DNA from: a virus
Direction: 5' to 3' (one strand)
DNA: 64,000 nucleotides
IMG/VR virus record: IMGVR_UViG_3300009161_000031
Coordinates: 1-64,000 of that record
Shown piece after piece: positions 1 to 11,800 of the stretch. The translations under genes and the position numbers were made by a program. Positions within the stretch are counted from its first letter, which is position 1, and each line of letters begins with the position of its first letter. The notes beneath the pieces are model-generated. The model was not told the origin of the DNA, ran no database searches, and worked only from the letters and a program-made list of their open reading frames with translations.

Positions 1-4
1 ATAT

Positions 5-676
5 TTGGATGGATTTTATTTTGTAATAACCGCTAAACATACTAATGCCGCAACAGATAAAAATGTGTTTACTGAAATACAAAACACAAATCAAGAAAGT
101 TTGTTTAGCGACATTCAAAAAGATGGTGCGTGGCAGCATGATAGACCTAAAGCGACTGCATCTATTGGTGCAGTCATCGCTAGAGCGTCTTTTGTAATAT
201 CAGGTCAGGCAGTTCCGGTTGCGGCTACTGGCTATAAATGGCTTAATGAAGGTGATTCAGTAGCATGGGATGTTTATACTTATGTTGCCAATAACAATAA
301 AGACTTACTGAGTTCACCTGAGCGCAATTATGGACGCATTGTAATGAATTCACGACAAGCTTCTTCCGTTGCCATGGGGTATGGCTCTCCTAGATTGTAT
401 AAATATGGTGGAGCCTCGGGAACTAGCGCAACTGTACCATCTACCGCCATTGACTACCCATCGGCTTCACCAAGCGCCGTCAATGCCACTAATAACTATA
501 AAACTATATCTACTATCATTGCTCCCAATGATGACAGCAACAGGTCTTCTTTGCTGATGATTTCTTTTGTCGGTCAGGGGGGCATGCCGGGAATTGGTTC
601 TATGACAGGGTCTTTGGAGAAAGATTTAAATGAAGAAATTCTGTATGGAGAACAAGGTATAGCCTACGAGGTATAA
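5..676 (+). CDS. Hypothetical protein, probably the C-terminal part of a virion/minor tail protein truncated by the window edge
   Basis: Open frame from the window start, Ser/Thr/Ala/Gly-rich; no recognised motif. Confidence 0.35.
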   Translation: MDGFYFVITAKHTNAATDKNVFTEIQNTNQESLFSDIQKDGAWQHDRPKATASIGAVIARASFVISGQAVPVAATGYKWLNEGDSVAWDVYTYVANNNKDLLSSPERNYGRIVMNSRQASSVAMGYGSPRLYKYGGASGTSATVPSTAIDYPSASPSAVNATNNYKTISTIIAPNDDSNRSSLLMISFVGQGGMPGIGSMTGSLEKDLNEEILYGEQGIAYEV

Positions 677-677
677 T

Positions 678-1109
678 ATGGGTGGGCTAATATCAAGACG
701 CGCAGATATAACATGGGGTGCCAAATCTCAAGAAGGTTCAGATAACCCCAACTTTAAGGGCGGGAAATATATTGATGACAAAGGCTATGTCAGAGTATTA
801 AGGCCCGATCACCCCAACGAAAATCATGGATATGTATATGAACATAGGCTTGTGATGGAACAATTCTTTGGAAGAATTCTCCAAGTGACTGAGTCGGTAC
901 ACCATGTCAATGAATTAAAATTAGATAATCGCCTAGAAAACCTCTTTCTTACTACTAGATCAGAGCATTCTGCTTTACACGCAGAGGGAAAGGTGGTATC
1001 ATTAGAGCGTCGAACGGCGTTGCGAAATAAAGTCCGAGAAAAAAGAAAACAAGAGGGGCCTCGTCAGAGGGACTCATCCGGGCATTTCATTAAAAAGGAT
1101 ACTGAATAA
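678..1109 (+). CDS. HNH homing endonuclease (HNH_3-like)
   Basis: YVYEHRLVME...VHHVNELKLDNRLENL...HSALH motif. Confidence 0.85.
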   Translation: MGGLISRRADITWGAKSQEGSDNPNFKGGKYIDDKGYVRVLRPDHPNENHGYVYEHRLVMEQFFGRILQVTESVHHVNELKLDNRLENLFLTTRSEHSALHAEGKVVSLERRTALRNKVREKRKQEGPRQRDSSGHFIKKDTE

Positions 1110-1115
1110 TATATT

Positions 1116-2363
1116 ATGAGCACACAACCATGGTTGGAAGAACAGACACTAAAGAATATCTATGATCTCCCTGAGATTAATACAGATTTAGATGTGGTTC
1201 ACTACTTTAAAGACCGTGGAGTTGTTGTAGCTAGAAGAACCATTGCAGATGCCAGAGTAAAGTTTGGCATTCCTACTTCCAAGCCCAAAGGGGCATATAT
1301 GACAGATACAGAGGATGCAAGTCTAGAGAAAAGAGTCATCAGATTAGAGCGAGAATTGATGACGGCCAGAAGTGAGAGGAACACCGCACGACAGGCTCAC
1401 AAGGTGGCAGAGCAGGACACTGTTAAGTATAAGGCAGCTAATGATGTCCTACTTAAAGCTAGTAAGTTATCGGTGCAGAGCGCACCTTGGTCTAAATCAA
1501 AAGTGCGCCGCAAGGGTGCAGCTACAGCCCTCATCATGCTTTCCGATTTACATCTTGATGAAATAGTCAAGCCATCTGAGGTAGGCGGCTTGAACGCCTA
1601 TAACCGTGAGATAGCCCTACAGCGCCTTCAGAGGACTGCTGAGGGTGCGGTCAACATGGGCAAGAACCTTATGGGCGGTTTTGAGTATGAAGGCGCAATA
1701 GTCATTCTGGGCGGAGACATGGTTGCAGGGAATCTGCATGATGATGACATCTTCAATGAAGAGTCTTCAATGATACCAACGGTAGATTTCTGGGTAGACC
1801 ATCTAGCCAAGTTTTTAGAAACAATTGCTGATGCCTATGGCTCTACGCACGTTGTATCGGTTGTTGGAAACCATGGAAGGCTGTCGATGAAGCCCCGCAT
1901 GAAAGGGCGCACTGAAGATTCCTGGGACCACTTATTGGCTCTTATGCTACAGCGTCATCTTAAGGGAGATAAGAGATTTACTTGGAATATCCCGTTGTGC
2001 GCTGATGCCTATGTAGAAATTTATGGACGTAGAATGTTGATCACTCATGGCGATCAGATGAAAGGCGGGGGAGGTCTAGCTGGTCTAGTAAATCCTGCTT
2101 CTATCTTCGATGCGCGAAAGCGTAAGCGTAATGCTTCTATGGGCGATGAACACGATCATATGTGGGTGGGCCATTTCCATTCTTATACTCGCACAGGCAA
2201 GGTAACTGTTAATGGTTCGCTTAAAGGTTTAGACGAGTATGCATTTCTGGGTAACTTCGCTTATGAAGAACCTATCCAGGCATTTGCAGTAATTACTCGG
2301 GAACACGGCGTTACTCTTGAAGCTGGCATCTATTCTGTAGATCGCATTGCTGAGGGCTGGTAG
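1116..2363 (+). CDS. Calcineurin-like metallophosphoesterase with N-terminal coiled coil
   Basis: Motifs SDLH, GGDMV, GNHG, THGD, GHFH. Confidence 0.85.
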   Translation: MSTQPWLEEQTLKNIYDLPEINTDLDVVHYFKDRGVVVARRTIADARVKFGIPTSKPKGAYMTDTEDASLEKRVIRLERELMTARSERNTARQAHKVAEQDTVKYKAANDVLLKASKLSVQSAPWSKSKVRRKGAATALIMLSDLHLDEIVKPSEVGGLNAYNREIALQRLQRTAEGAVNMGKNLMGGFEYEGAIVILGGDMVAGNLHDDDIFNEESSMIPTVDFWVDHLAKFLETIADAYGSTHVVSVVGNHGRLSMKPRMKGRTEDSWDHLLALMLQRHLKGDKRFTWNIPLCADAYVEIYGRRMLITHGDQMKGGGGLAGLVNPASIFDARKRKRNASMGDEHDHMWVGHFHSYTRTGKVTVNGSLKGLDEYAFLGNFAYEEPIQAFAVITREHGVTLEAGIYSVDRIAEGW

Positions 2364-2423
2364 CGCTTTATTAAGAATTACTATAAATACATTATAGTAT
2401 GTAATATAAATTAAAGGAGAAAT

Positions 2424-2714
2424 ATGGATAATTCAAGTATGTTTTTACTAATTGTTGCTGGTATGATTGCTACTCCGTTAGTTTCTTTCCTAAAAGGAAA
2501 CTCATGGCCAAGCAATGTTAAGGTGGCATTCTCTATGGCCTTTTGTCTAGTAATTGCTCTTGCTGGAGCCTTTCTGGGCGGTACGCTAAATTCGTTGAGT
2601 GATGTTGTTTCCAACTTTGCTATTGTATGGGCTTCATCGCAAGCTTTGTATTCTACTTGGTTTGCTGACACAAGTGCTAATGACAGCCTTTCGTCTATGA
2701 AAGTATTAGGCTAG
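2424..2714 (+). CDS. Putative holin / small membrane protein
   Basis: 96 aa, 2-3 hydrophobic helices, good RBS (AAAGGAGA). Confidence 0.55.
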   Translation: MDNSSMFLLIVAGMIATPLVSFLKGNSWPSNVKVAFSMAFCLVIALAGAFLGGTLNSLSDVVSNFAIVWASSQALYSTWFADTSANDSLSSMKVLG

Positions 2715-2721
2715 GATTAGT

Positions 2722-2943
2722 TTGTTGCAAGGGTTTGGTGGCTTTTGGTGTAAAAGATGTGACGGTAGAGTTTTTTTTGATGAAGTCTATTGGGAGCCAG
2801 AGTCGCTAAACAGTACGCAAAAAATTAAAAAAGTAGAACTTGTATGTACAATGTGTGGAAAACGCGGTCGTTGTACATATAAAGAATATCAACACTTGCT
2901 TAAAGAGATTGCTAATGTTCTTAGAAAACAGAAATCAAGCTAA
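2722..2943 (+). CDS. Small zinc-finger protein
   Basis: CKRC...CTMC. Confidence 0.5.
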   Translation: MLQGFGGFWCKRCDGRVFFDEVYWEPESLNSTQKIKKVELVCTMCGKRGRCTYKEYQHLLKEIANVLRKQKSS

Positions 2944-3382
2944 ACTAATTAAAAATAGATTATTCTTTAATGATAAGAATGATTTAATTAGAATAATTTC
3001 TATTGTCAAACGTGAAAATATTATTCATATATTTGACTATTCTAAGTTTGATAAACAGATTATTGAATACGATACTGCTGCATATTATCTAACACCTGTT
3101 TTTAGGATTGGTGAAGTATCTCGCATTATTGATAAGAAACCAGATACTATTAGAAAATATGAGCAAACTGGAGTAATACCGAAAGCTCGCAAAGTTTCTT
3201 TGAATATTGAAGGATCATCTTCGATTAGAATATATAGCCTAAGAGATGTATATGATTTACTTGAGATCTTTGCTACTAGAAGCAAAGCGGGTCGTCCGAA
3301 GCAACATGCTAGTATTAACCAAGTTGATGCAATTAAACGCATCAATGCCAGATTCCAAAAAATTAAAAATGTTGGAGCCTAG
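2915..3382 (+). CDS. MerR-like HTH DNA-binding protein
   Basis: FRIGEVSRIIDKKPDTIRKYEQTGVIP...RIYSLRDV; start placed at ATG 2915. Confidence 0.75.
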   Translation: MFLENRNQAKLIKNRLFFNDKNDLIRIISIVKRENIIHIFDYSKFDKQIIEYDTAAYYLTPVFRIGEVSRIIDKKPDTIRKYEQTGVIPKARKVSLNIEGSSSIRIYSLRDVYDLLEIFATRSKAGRPKQHASINQVDAIKRINARFQKIKNVGA

Positions 3383-3466
3383 TCTCGGTGACAACTTGCG
3401 CTCGCTCAACTGAGGGTGTATAGTGGCTCATCGGGGCTAAGGCCCAACCACAGACAGGAGAATAAA

Positions 3467-3679
3467 ATGGGTAAAAAAGGAACAATCAACGTAACCGTAG
3501 GACTTACTCGCAACTTAGGTAACTACCAGTCGCTACGAATTGATGCAGGTATGACTGTAGACTCAGACGACGTAATGTCTGACTCCGAGTGGGCAGATGC
3601 TTGGCAGAAAGTAGAACTAGAAGTTGAGCGTCGTCTCGCTGAACTAGACGGAGAACTGTCTAGTGGGGCTTCTAAGTAA
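3467..3679 (+). CDS. Conserved phage hypothetical protein
   Basis: RBS AGGAG; VTVGLTRNLGNYQSLRID; upstream promoter-like TTGCGC-17-TATAGT. Confidence 0.55.
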   Translation: MGKKGTINVTVGLTRNLGNYQSLRIDAGMTVDSDDVMSDSEWADAWQKVELEVERRLAELDGELSSGASK

Positions 3680-3974
3680 CGTATCTTGGATGGGCAAGGC
3701 TGCTTGCATTGACGAGAGCCATCGTATTTTTATTTCATACGAAACCCATGACATAACTAGAGCAAAAGCGATATGCTCCCAATGCCCAGTGCGAGTGCCA
3801 TGCCTAGAGCAATATGCGGATATTTCCTGCGTTGCTGGCGGGTACTCACATCATGATAGACTTATGGCCTCATGGCAAAGGATAAGTGATACCAATGACT
3901 CTAACTGGAGAAGTTCTGCTTACTTACTTCGCAGACTCAGCCGAGAGATCAAAGAAAATATACTTCCAGACTGA
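3663..3974 (+). CDS. whiB: WhiB family transcription factor
   Basis: WMGKAAC...AKAICSQCPVRVPCLE...VAGG four-Cys pattern. Confidence 0.75.
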   Translation: MGLLSNVSWMGKAACIDESHRIFISYETHDITRAKAICSQCPVRVPCLEQYADISCVAGGYSHHDRLMASWQRISDTNDSNWRSSAYLLRRLSREIKENILPD

Positions 3975-4224
3975 GAAGGATGATACCAACGCAGAGCGCA
4001 TGGTTAAGTTCTTTGCTCGTGAAGGAGGAGTAGATATATGCAAGGATGCAATTGATAGATTTATTGCATCAGAAAAGCAGCCGGTAGTATTCCTGCACGA
4101 TTTTGTGGTTAAGTTAGGATCTATTGTCGAATCCATAAATCTAGAGAACAAAGATAGAGACGAGTTCCGTCGCCTAGTTCAGCAAACCAAAGATCGCATG
4201 GAGAGTGATTCTAATGAATTATGA
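3886..4224 (+). CDS. Hypothetical protein upstream of helicase
   Basis: ORF coupled to the helicase start. Confidence 0.45.
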   Translation: MIPMTLTGEVLLTYFADSAERSKKIYFQTEKDDTNAERMVKFFAREGGVDICKDAIDRFIASEKQPVVFLHDFVVKLGSIVESINLENKDRDEFRRLVQQTKDRMESDSNEL

Positions 4225-5431
4225 AATGAGTTTGCTTAATAGCCTCATTGATGCGGAGAGTATCATCTCAGCAGTGGAGCAAAATGTAGATGAGTCTTTT
4301 GTGGACCATAAAGATATCTGGGAGTTCATTCATGGATATTATTCCAAGTACTCCAAGCTTCCTACTAAGGCGATTGTTAAAAATCAATTTCGTGAGTTTG
4401 AGTTTATTGACACAACCACTGCGCCCCTACAGTTTTATGTAGACGAAGCTAGGAAGCACGCTCTATCTGAGAATGTTAGAACTACATTGCACGACACTAT
4501 TCAGATATTGAGAGATAGCGGTCCTAATGCTGCTCTTAACTTTGTTGCTATGAATAGTCTCCGCTTGATGAAAAATACTGGAGCGCTTAAAGACACAAAC
4601 CTTGCTGGAGATTTTGCGGATAGGGTTGGAGACTACAAAGAACGTCACGACGACCCTACTAAGAACATTATGGGTATCCCTACAGGCTTTAGTGTCATTG
4701 ATAAGCATTTTGGGGGCTGGCAGAAAGGTGACTTTATTGTCATACTTGGCTGGACAGGTTCTGGTAAGAGTTGGCTAGCTAGGCTATTTGCTGCAAACGC
4801 ATGGCAGGCTGGCTATAGCCCTCTTATTATCTCTCTTGAGATGAACAAAGAACAAGAGGGATATCGCTTTGACACTATCCTCAATCAGGGTGAGACATTT
4901 AAGAACTCTGACCTGATGTTCGGTAGGGGAGTAAATCCTGAGGCATATAATGAGTGGGCTGAGAGAACTTTTAAGGACAAGCCACCTATACATCTTGTGA
5001 CTTCAGATGGCATTGAGGCTGCTAATCAAAATGTTGTTGAAGCAAAAGTTGAACAATATCAGCCTGATCTGCTAATATTAGACTATCATGGTTTATTCGA
5101 TGATGCTAAAAAAGGTAACACAGAAACTGAGAGGGCCAAAAATCTCTCTAAAGATTTTAAGCGCATAGCAGTGCGCCATAATATACCCGTAATCGACATT
5201 GCTGCTGTTACTATGGATGCGAATCACGGAGAAAGGGCACCGGCATTGGCTGAGGTGGCATGGAGCAAGCAACTTGCTTATGACGCTGACTTAGTTATGG
5301 CGGTTCATCGAAATGCAGAGTCGCAACTTTTTGAAGTGGTTAGTCGCAAAGTTCGAAGAGGTCATCCTTTTGCTTTCTATCTTGAGTGGGACTTGGACAC
5401 GGGCAAGCGAAAAGAATTGTTTGATGCCTGA
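4214..5431 (+). CDS. dnaB: DnaB-like replicative helicase
   Basis: GIPTGF..ID; Walker A GWTGSGKS; SLEM; LILDY; YDADLV. Confidence 0.93.
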   Translation: MNYEMSLLNSLIDAESIISAVEQNVDESFVDHKDIWEFIHGYYSKYSKLPTKAIVKNQFREFEFIDTTTAPLQFYVDEARKHALSENVRTTLHDTIQILRDSGPNAALNFVAMNSLRLMKNTGALKDTNLAGDFADRVGDYKERHDDPTKNIMGIPTGFSVIDKHFGGWQKGDFIVILGWTGSGKSWLARLFAANAWQAGYSPLIISLEMNKEQEGYRFDTILNQGETFKNSDLMFGRGVNPEAYNEWAERTFKDKPPIHLVTSDGIEAANQNVVEAKVEQYQPDLLILDYHGLFDDAKKGNTETERAKNLSKDFKRIAVRHNIPVIDIAAVTMDANHGERAPALAEVAWSKQLAYDADLVMAVHRNAESQLFEVVSRKVRRGHPFAFYLEWDLDTGKRKELFDA

Positions 5432-5592
5432 TGAGGATAGAGAAGCAGACCATATAATCGATGGTGAAGCCAAAGATCAAGAAACTATAATCAGGCAACG
5501 TAGCCATATTGAAGAATTTGTTACAGATACAATAGCGCCGTTTACTCGAAGTAAATTATACTGGGATATGACTGACAGAGGAACATTCCATT

Positions 5593-6555
5593 TTGAACTC
5601 CATTTTTGGTTTAAATAATAGCAAAACTATTGACATGTTTGTCAATCAGTATCTGACTGTAGTCAGCGAGTTGCCAGACGAGTATGCCTGTTATTGCCCA
5701 TTTCACTCCAACACCTCTAGCCCAGCTTTTTATGTAAATAAGAAAACTGGACTATGGCATTGTTTCAATCCATCTTGCGCTCGCAAGGGGTCGTTTGTGA
5801 CATTGGCAAAAGAATTGTCTGGAGAAGAGATTGCTTGGAATCATGCTCCAAGCTATTCTAGCGATGATTTGCTCAGCATGCTTAACGACGATGATATAGT
5901 TGTTGATATATCTCAGAATTGGGATGAGGCATTAGATCGTATTGTTATTGATTACGACAATGAAGAAGAATGTTTGTCTAAGCTATCGTACCTGATAGAT
6001 AGAGGATTTGACTTAGATGTATTAAAACATTTTGGAGTGGGATATTCCAAGAGTCAAGGCAGGATAGTCATCCCAGCTAGAGACGAGTACTATTCTGTAG
6101 TGGGGTTTATTGGAAGAGGAACATCGTCTTCGCAGTTCCCTAAATATCTATATTCAGATAAGTTTCCTAGGCGCTCGACTTTGTTTAATCTACAAAATGC
6201 TAAAGCATATAGCGAGGTAATTTTAACTGAGGGAAGTTTAGATGCTATTAGAGTGCATCAGGCAGGATTCCCAAATGTAGTAGCAACTCTTGGTGCCTCT
6301 ATTCCAAAAGAGCATCACGAAATCCTCAATAGGCACTTTGATAGTTTAGTCTTATTTTTTGACAATGATGAGGCTGGACATTCGGCTATGCGTGCTATAA
6401 TGGAGGGTAATCCCCGAAAAGATCTTTGGATTGTTCCATATCCGTCTGGAATCAAAGACCCGGGAGAAATGACGGAACAACAAATTACACACAGCATAAA
6501 CAACAAGGTAAACTACCTTGATTGGTTATTTCAAACTAAGGAGAAAATATCATGA
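5593..6555 (+). CDS. dnaG: DnaG-like DNA primase
   Basis: CPFH...HCF...C zinc finger; KYLYS; TOPRIM EGSLD, FDNDEAG, KDPGE. Confidence 0.92.
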   Translation: MNSIFGLNNSKTIDMFVNQYLTVVSELPDEYACYCPFHSNTSSPAFYVNKKTGLWHCFNPSCARKGSFVTLAKELSGEEIAWNHAPSYSSDDLLSMLNDDDIVVDISQNWDEALDRIVIDYDNEEECLSKLSYLIDRGFDLDVLKHFGVGYSKSQGRIVIPARDEYYSVVGFIGRGTSSSQFPKYLYSDKFPRRSTLFNLQNAKAYSEVILTEGSLDAIRVHQAGFPNVVATLGASIPKEHHEILNRHFDSLVLFFDNDEAGHSAMRAIMEGNPRKDLWIVPYPSGIKDPGEMTEQQITHSINNKVNYLDWLFQTKEKIS

Positions 6556-7202
6556 CTGTATATAACACACTTGCAAACCTAAAGAATAAAGTAGAGAATG
6601 AGTCTCGTGGCTCTGGTGGAAAGAAGTTCTTGACACTCAAAGACCGAGATGCACATAAGATTCGGTTCCTCCAGGAATTAACAATTGATAGTAAGAACTA
6701 CAACGAAGAGCGTGGAACCGCAGCTATTGTTGCCGTACACAAGTCTCCTCTTGATTTCAAGAAGCAGATGGCCTGTACCGCAGATAGCGAGGAACTTGGA
6801 TTTAAGTGCTGGGCCTGTGAGCAGACAGTAAAAGATCCAAAGTGGCGTGCACAAACTCACTTTGTAGTTAATGTGGCTGTCCTAGACGATAACAGCAATT
6901 GGACTACGATGGTACTAGACCAGACGTTTAACCAGCGTCATATCGGTGCAACTCTGGTAGAGTATGCTACCGAGTTTAGTACTATCACTGATCGTGGATA
7001 TAAGGTCGGTCGTACCGGCTCTAAGATGCACGATACTAACTATACATTGATCCCCATTGACATTTCAGAAGAGCCTAAAGAGTTCTCAGACCTTGAGATG
7101 CATGATGTCAATAGCGTTTATCGCATGCTTCCATACAACGAGCAAGGCGAGTTTATGACTTCCGTTGAGGAATCCGGTAAGACCAGCTCTTCTAGCTGGT
7201 AA
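6552..7202 (+). CDS. Single-stranded DNA-binding protein (gp32-like)
   Basis: KIRFL, Cys/His cluster, RTG...DTNY, acidic C-terminus; follows primase. Confidence 0.65.
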   Translation: MTVYNTLANLKNKVENESRGSGGKKFLTLKDRDAHKIRFLQELTIDSKNYNEERGTAAIVAVHKSPLDFKKQMACTADSEELGFKCWACEQTVKDPKWRAQTHFVVNVAVLDDNSNWTTMVLDQTFNQRHIGATLVEYATEFSTITDRGYKVGRTGSKMHDTNYTLIPIDISEEPKEFSDLEMHDVNSVYRMLPYNEQGEFMTSVEESGKTSSSSW

Positions 7203-7265
7203 CTAAAGGGAGGTTGGGGGCCAGGTATTTAGCACATCGCAAAGAATATCTGGCCCCCTTCTACT

Positions 7266-7745
7266 ATGATTATTGGAATTACACTTGATGGAATCATTAG
7301 CAATCAATATCTTTATGATGATATTGTAGATGATGACCTCTATTGCTTGAATCAAACCGCTACTGAAAGTGGTTGGTATGCTTCTAATCGCTGGTTTGCT
7401 AAAGGGCACGATGTTTTCTTTATGACATCTCGCTCTAATAGCACTGCAACTAATCGCTGGTTAGATGAATGGAATCTCACATTCAATAATGTTTTCTACA
7501 ATGTTGATAAAAATATGCATGCTGTCTATGCACAATCTCTTAAGTGTGATATTGTTGTATTAGACCATGTGGATCATGCCCCAAAACTTCCTTTATCGTG
7601 TATTTCATTCTTGCTTGCAGAGACTGCTGCAGCTAATGTTACTACTCCCCACTTATATAAGCTAAGTAGCTTAAATGATTTAGATAGGGTTATAAATAGA
7701 TGGCCAACATGCAAAAAAGATTTCACTGTGTCTCCTGTCGCATAA
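7266..7745 (+). CDS. HAD-fold protein (nucleotidase-like, degenerate motif I)
   Basis: IGITLDG, FMTSR, VLD. Confidence 0.45.
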   Translation: MIIGITLDGIISNQYLYDDIVDDDLYCLNQTATESGWYASNRWFAKGHDVFFMTSRSNSTATNRWLDEWNLTFNNVFYNVDKNMHAVYAQSLKCDIVVLDHVDHAPKLPLSCISFLLAETAAANVTTPHLYKLSSLNDLDRVINRWPTCKKDFTVSPVA

Positions 7746-7850
7746 AGCAAGATATTGCCGACATTCATCGTAGATATGAATGGTCTGACGAAGAATCTAT
7801 ATGGTACAGAGTTTACGAATGTGGACGATGCGGAATAGAAATTACTCGCA

Positions 7851-8294
7851 ATGCCCTATAGCCCAATGAACGCCATTTTTTACGGCAGCGACGATTGGAA
7901 AGATGAGCAGGCTATTTGGCTTATCCTTTGGGGCCTTTATGAAATTGTAGATAACCGTGATGATATATTGACCATAATTCACGGTGGCGATGTAGATGAA
8001 GAACTATATCGGGGAGTTAGCTTCTTAGCGGAAAAATGTGTCAAGAAACTAAACTACTTGACAAACAAGCAACTGAGGGCTGACTGCATACATACTGTAG
8101 AATTCCCGTTAAGCCCAGGAAGTTTGGGCGGCTCTGCAGAGTATATTCGCAATCAGACTATGATTAATGAAGGCAAACCGGATATAGTGTTTGTGTTTTC
8201 AGAGTCTTCTGACCCCAATCCTGTGGCACTAAATATGTTAGAATTGTGTAGAGAGTATAAAATACCATCGTATCTTATAAAGAGGTATAGTTAA
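7851..8294 (+). CDS. SLOG/YspA-like (DUF2493-like) protein
   Basis: IIHGG...IRNQTM...PDIVFVF. Confidence 0.55.
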   Translation: MPYSPMNAIFYGSDDWKDEQAIWLILWGLYEIVDNRDDILTIIHGGDVDEELYRGVSFLAEKCVKKLNYLTNKQLRADCIHTVEFPLSPGSLGGSAEYIRNQTMINEGKPDIVFVFSESSDPNPVALNMLELCREYKIPSYLIKRYS

Positions 8295-8479
8295 AATGAT
8301 TAATCAAGAAGAATCTTTTTTTGTTTATTTAGACGGATTGTCTGATGGCATAGATTCATGGACTAATGCGTATAATGCATACATTAAATCCGGCAATAAA
8401 TTTGCTTACGCTAAAGGCATAGAAAAGTTATTTAAAATAGAGTCTAAAATATCTAAACTGAAAGTGGAGATGATATTAC

Positions 8480-8893
8480 ATGCGACCGAGTTGGGATGAA
8501 TATTTCTTAAGCATTGCCGCTGCTGTATCTGAGCGCGCCACCTGCCCCTCCAGAAAAGTTGGTGCGGTGCTGGTGGATCAAGAAACTAATGCTATCCTGT
8601 CTACGGGATACAATGGAGCGCCTCGTGGTGGCAACCATTGTCCCGATCACGAAGCTGGTTCGCCAGATTGCATTGCAACTCACGCTGAGTTAAATCTGTT
8701 GCTCAACGCGTGCTTCAATGGAATAAAAACTCGCAATGCTTGTTTGTATATAACATGCACACCCTGTATCGAATGCGCTCCGCACATCTTGAGCGCAGGT
8801 ATTTCTAGGGTAGTATGCGGGGGAGAGTATCGTAGTTTAGAGGGTTTCAACTACTTGGTTGATTCTGGAGTATCAATTCGCATTGGAGCGTAA
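8480..8893 (+). CDS. dCMP deaminase
   Basis: RPSWDEYF, RATC, VGAV, GYNG, HAE, PCIEC. Confidence 0.92.
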   Translation: MRPSWDEYFLSIAAAVSERATCPSRKVGAVLVDQETNAILSTGYNGAPRGGNHCPDHEAGSPDCIATHAELNLLLNACFNGIKTRNACLYITCTPCIECAPHILSAGISRVVCGGEYRSLEGFNYLVDSGVSIRIGA

Positions 8894-11800
8894 TGTCAGA
8901 CTTTGTTCACCTTCATGTCCATAGTGAGTATTCACTATTAGACGGAATGAGCAGGCCAGAGGAAATTGCTCAAATTGCAAAACGCAATAATCAGTCCGCA
9001 TGCGGAATTACTGATCACGGAACTATGGCTGGAACATTGCAGTTTCAGCAGGCTTGCACTAAGCATGGAATAAAACCCATCTTTGGTTGCGAGTTTTATT
9101 ATGTTCCGACCCTTGCTGCCGACAGTGAGGATAAAAAAGCAGAGCGATTTCATCTCATTATTCACGCCAAAAATCAGACAGGTCTGCATAAGTTATTTCA
9201 GATCATGCAGAAATCATGGACTACTGGTTTCTACCACAAGCCTAGAATTGAGTGGGCTGATTTAGAATTTCTTGCTGGCGATGTAGTTGTTTTATCTGGA
9301 TGCATGGGTTCTCACCTGAGCAAGCAAATTATGAATGGCGAAGAAGCCAAAGCTGAAGCAACTGCCAAGCAGTTCTATGATCGCTTTGGTAATGACTATT
9401 ATCTAGAACTTCAGCCATGGAATGATGCCAACCTAAATAAGACTTTGTTGTCGTTTAGTGACGCTATGGGCATTAAAGCAGTAGGAACTCTTGACTGTCA
9501 TTATCCAACATTGTCTGATAGGGGCATTGAGGAAGTTCTTTTATGCGTTGCTCAGGTTCCGAGCATGAATGCCTCTCAGGATAGGCACTTAAGAGCTACT
9601 GCCGATTCTGCCAAGAAAGAGCGTGATCTCGTTAAGAGAATGAATATGTTGTTCCCAGATCGCAGGCTTAGGTTTGATGATATTCACCCTTATCTTATGG
9701 GCACCGACGAGGTTGCTGAATATTTTGCCGAGCATGGTTGGCCTCAACCATTCTTGCTGGAGAATACTCTAGAAGTTGCAGATAAATGCAATGCTGAGAT
9801 TGAGATGGGGCGTAAGTTGCTGCCTTCTTATTCAAAGATTCTAGATAGCTCAGACTATTTATCAGAGTTGGCTGAGTGGGGCCTTCGAGAGAAGGGCTTG
9901 AATGAAGCCGATGGGTACATGGAAAGACTTAATGAAGAACTCGGGATAATCAAGAAACTTGATTTCTCTGATTACTTTTTGATTATCTGGGACATTATCA
10001 AGTGGGCTGACTCTCAAGGCATCGCCAGAGGGCCCGCTAGAGGCTCCGTAGGAGGCTCTCTGTTGGCGTATGCGCTCGATATAACATCTGTTGACCCTCT
10101 GGTGCACGATTTGCTATTTGCACGCTTTATAAGCGATGAGCGCAACGATTATCCAGACATTGACTTAGACTTTGATGATAGAAAAAGATATTTAATCAAG
10201 CAATATATCAAAGATAAGTGGGGCAACGACAATGTTGCATCTATCTCAACATTTGGTGAGTTTAAAGCCAAGTCTATCATCAAGGACGTAAGCAGAGTCT
10301 TTGGTGTCCCATATAGTGATGTCAACAAGATGACACCATTGTTTGAAACTCTTGGTGAGTTTCAAGATAAGTGCGGCAAATTTGCGGACGAGTATCCAGA
10401 TATATTGACTATTGCTCGCAGGATTGAAGGCAGGATTAGAACTGCTGGTGCCCATGCTGCTGGGGTCGTGGTATCCAATGTTCCCTTATGGCAGGTGTGC
10501 CCTATTGAGAGTAGATCAGACCCCAGCGCAGATGGTCGTGTAGAAGTAATAGCCTATGACATGGTTCAGGCTGAACAGTTAGGGCTAATCAAATTTGATA
10601 TTCTTGGAGTCAAGGCTATTGCTGTGGTCGATGACACTATTCAAGCTATCAAGCAGCGACATAATATTGATGTCTCTAAAGACTCAGTTACCTTAGACGA
10701 TGCAAGAGTCTATGCTGAGTTGCGTAATGGGAATACTCTTGGAGTATTTCAGGCAGAAGCCTCTGCCTATACTCGCCTGCTATTAGACTTGGAAGTGCAG
10801 AACTTTAGTGATTTAACTGCGTCTAATGCTTTGGTAAGACCTGGAGCTATGTTAACTCAGGGTGAGCAATACATTGCTTGCAAGAATCACGGAAGAGTTG
10901 TTGAGTATCATCACCCCATGCTTGAGGGAATCCTTAAAGACACCTATGGAACTTTCATCTATCAAGAGCAACTGATGCAAACAGTAGTTATGCTTGCTGA
11001 CTTCTCTTGGTCTGAGGCCGATAAGCTTCGTAAAATCATTGGTAAAAAGCGAGATGGAAGCGGATTCGATATCTATAAAGATAAGTTCTTAGATAATGCA
11101 TCTAAGCACATTGAGCGCAAAGCCGCAACTAAGATGTGGGATGACTTTGAGAAAGCAGCATTATATAGCTTTAACAAGAGCCATGCTGTGGGATATTCTA
11201 TATTAACATATCAGACTATGTGGCTAAAAATCAATTATCCGCTAGAATATATGTGGGCACTGTTAGCCAATGAGAATGAAAAAGAGAGAATCTCCACTCT
11301 ATTGCTTGAGGCTAATAGGCTTGAAATTGATATACAGATGCCTGACATCAATAAGTCGGAGATAAGCTTCTCACTAGATGGAGACAGCATTCGTTTCGGT
11401 CTTAGCAATGTTCTCGGTGTCGGTAAAGGAGCATTAGATGAAATCTTGCGTAATAGACCTTTTAGTTCATTCGAAGAATTTAATGGCAAGTGTCGCAAAA
11501 CCTATGTTAGATCCAATGTTATCGAGAATCTCTCACGAGTTGGCGGTTTCACGAGCATTGGCTATAGCGGAGATTACGACACGAAGCAATACTATTTGTC
11601 GATTCTAAATTATCCAATTCATGCAAATGATGACAAAACTTTTGCTGACCTATTGACTAACTGTTCAGAGATTGATATAGATACTAACGAGTATCATTTC
11701 ATGCGTGGCATTACTAAAAGCACAGCAAGAAAGCCTCATTATTTCAGGGTAGAGATTGAAGATTCAACTTCATCTATTACAGGTTTTGGGGATATTGAGA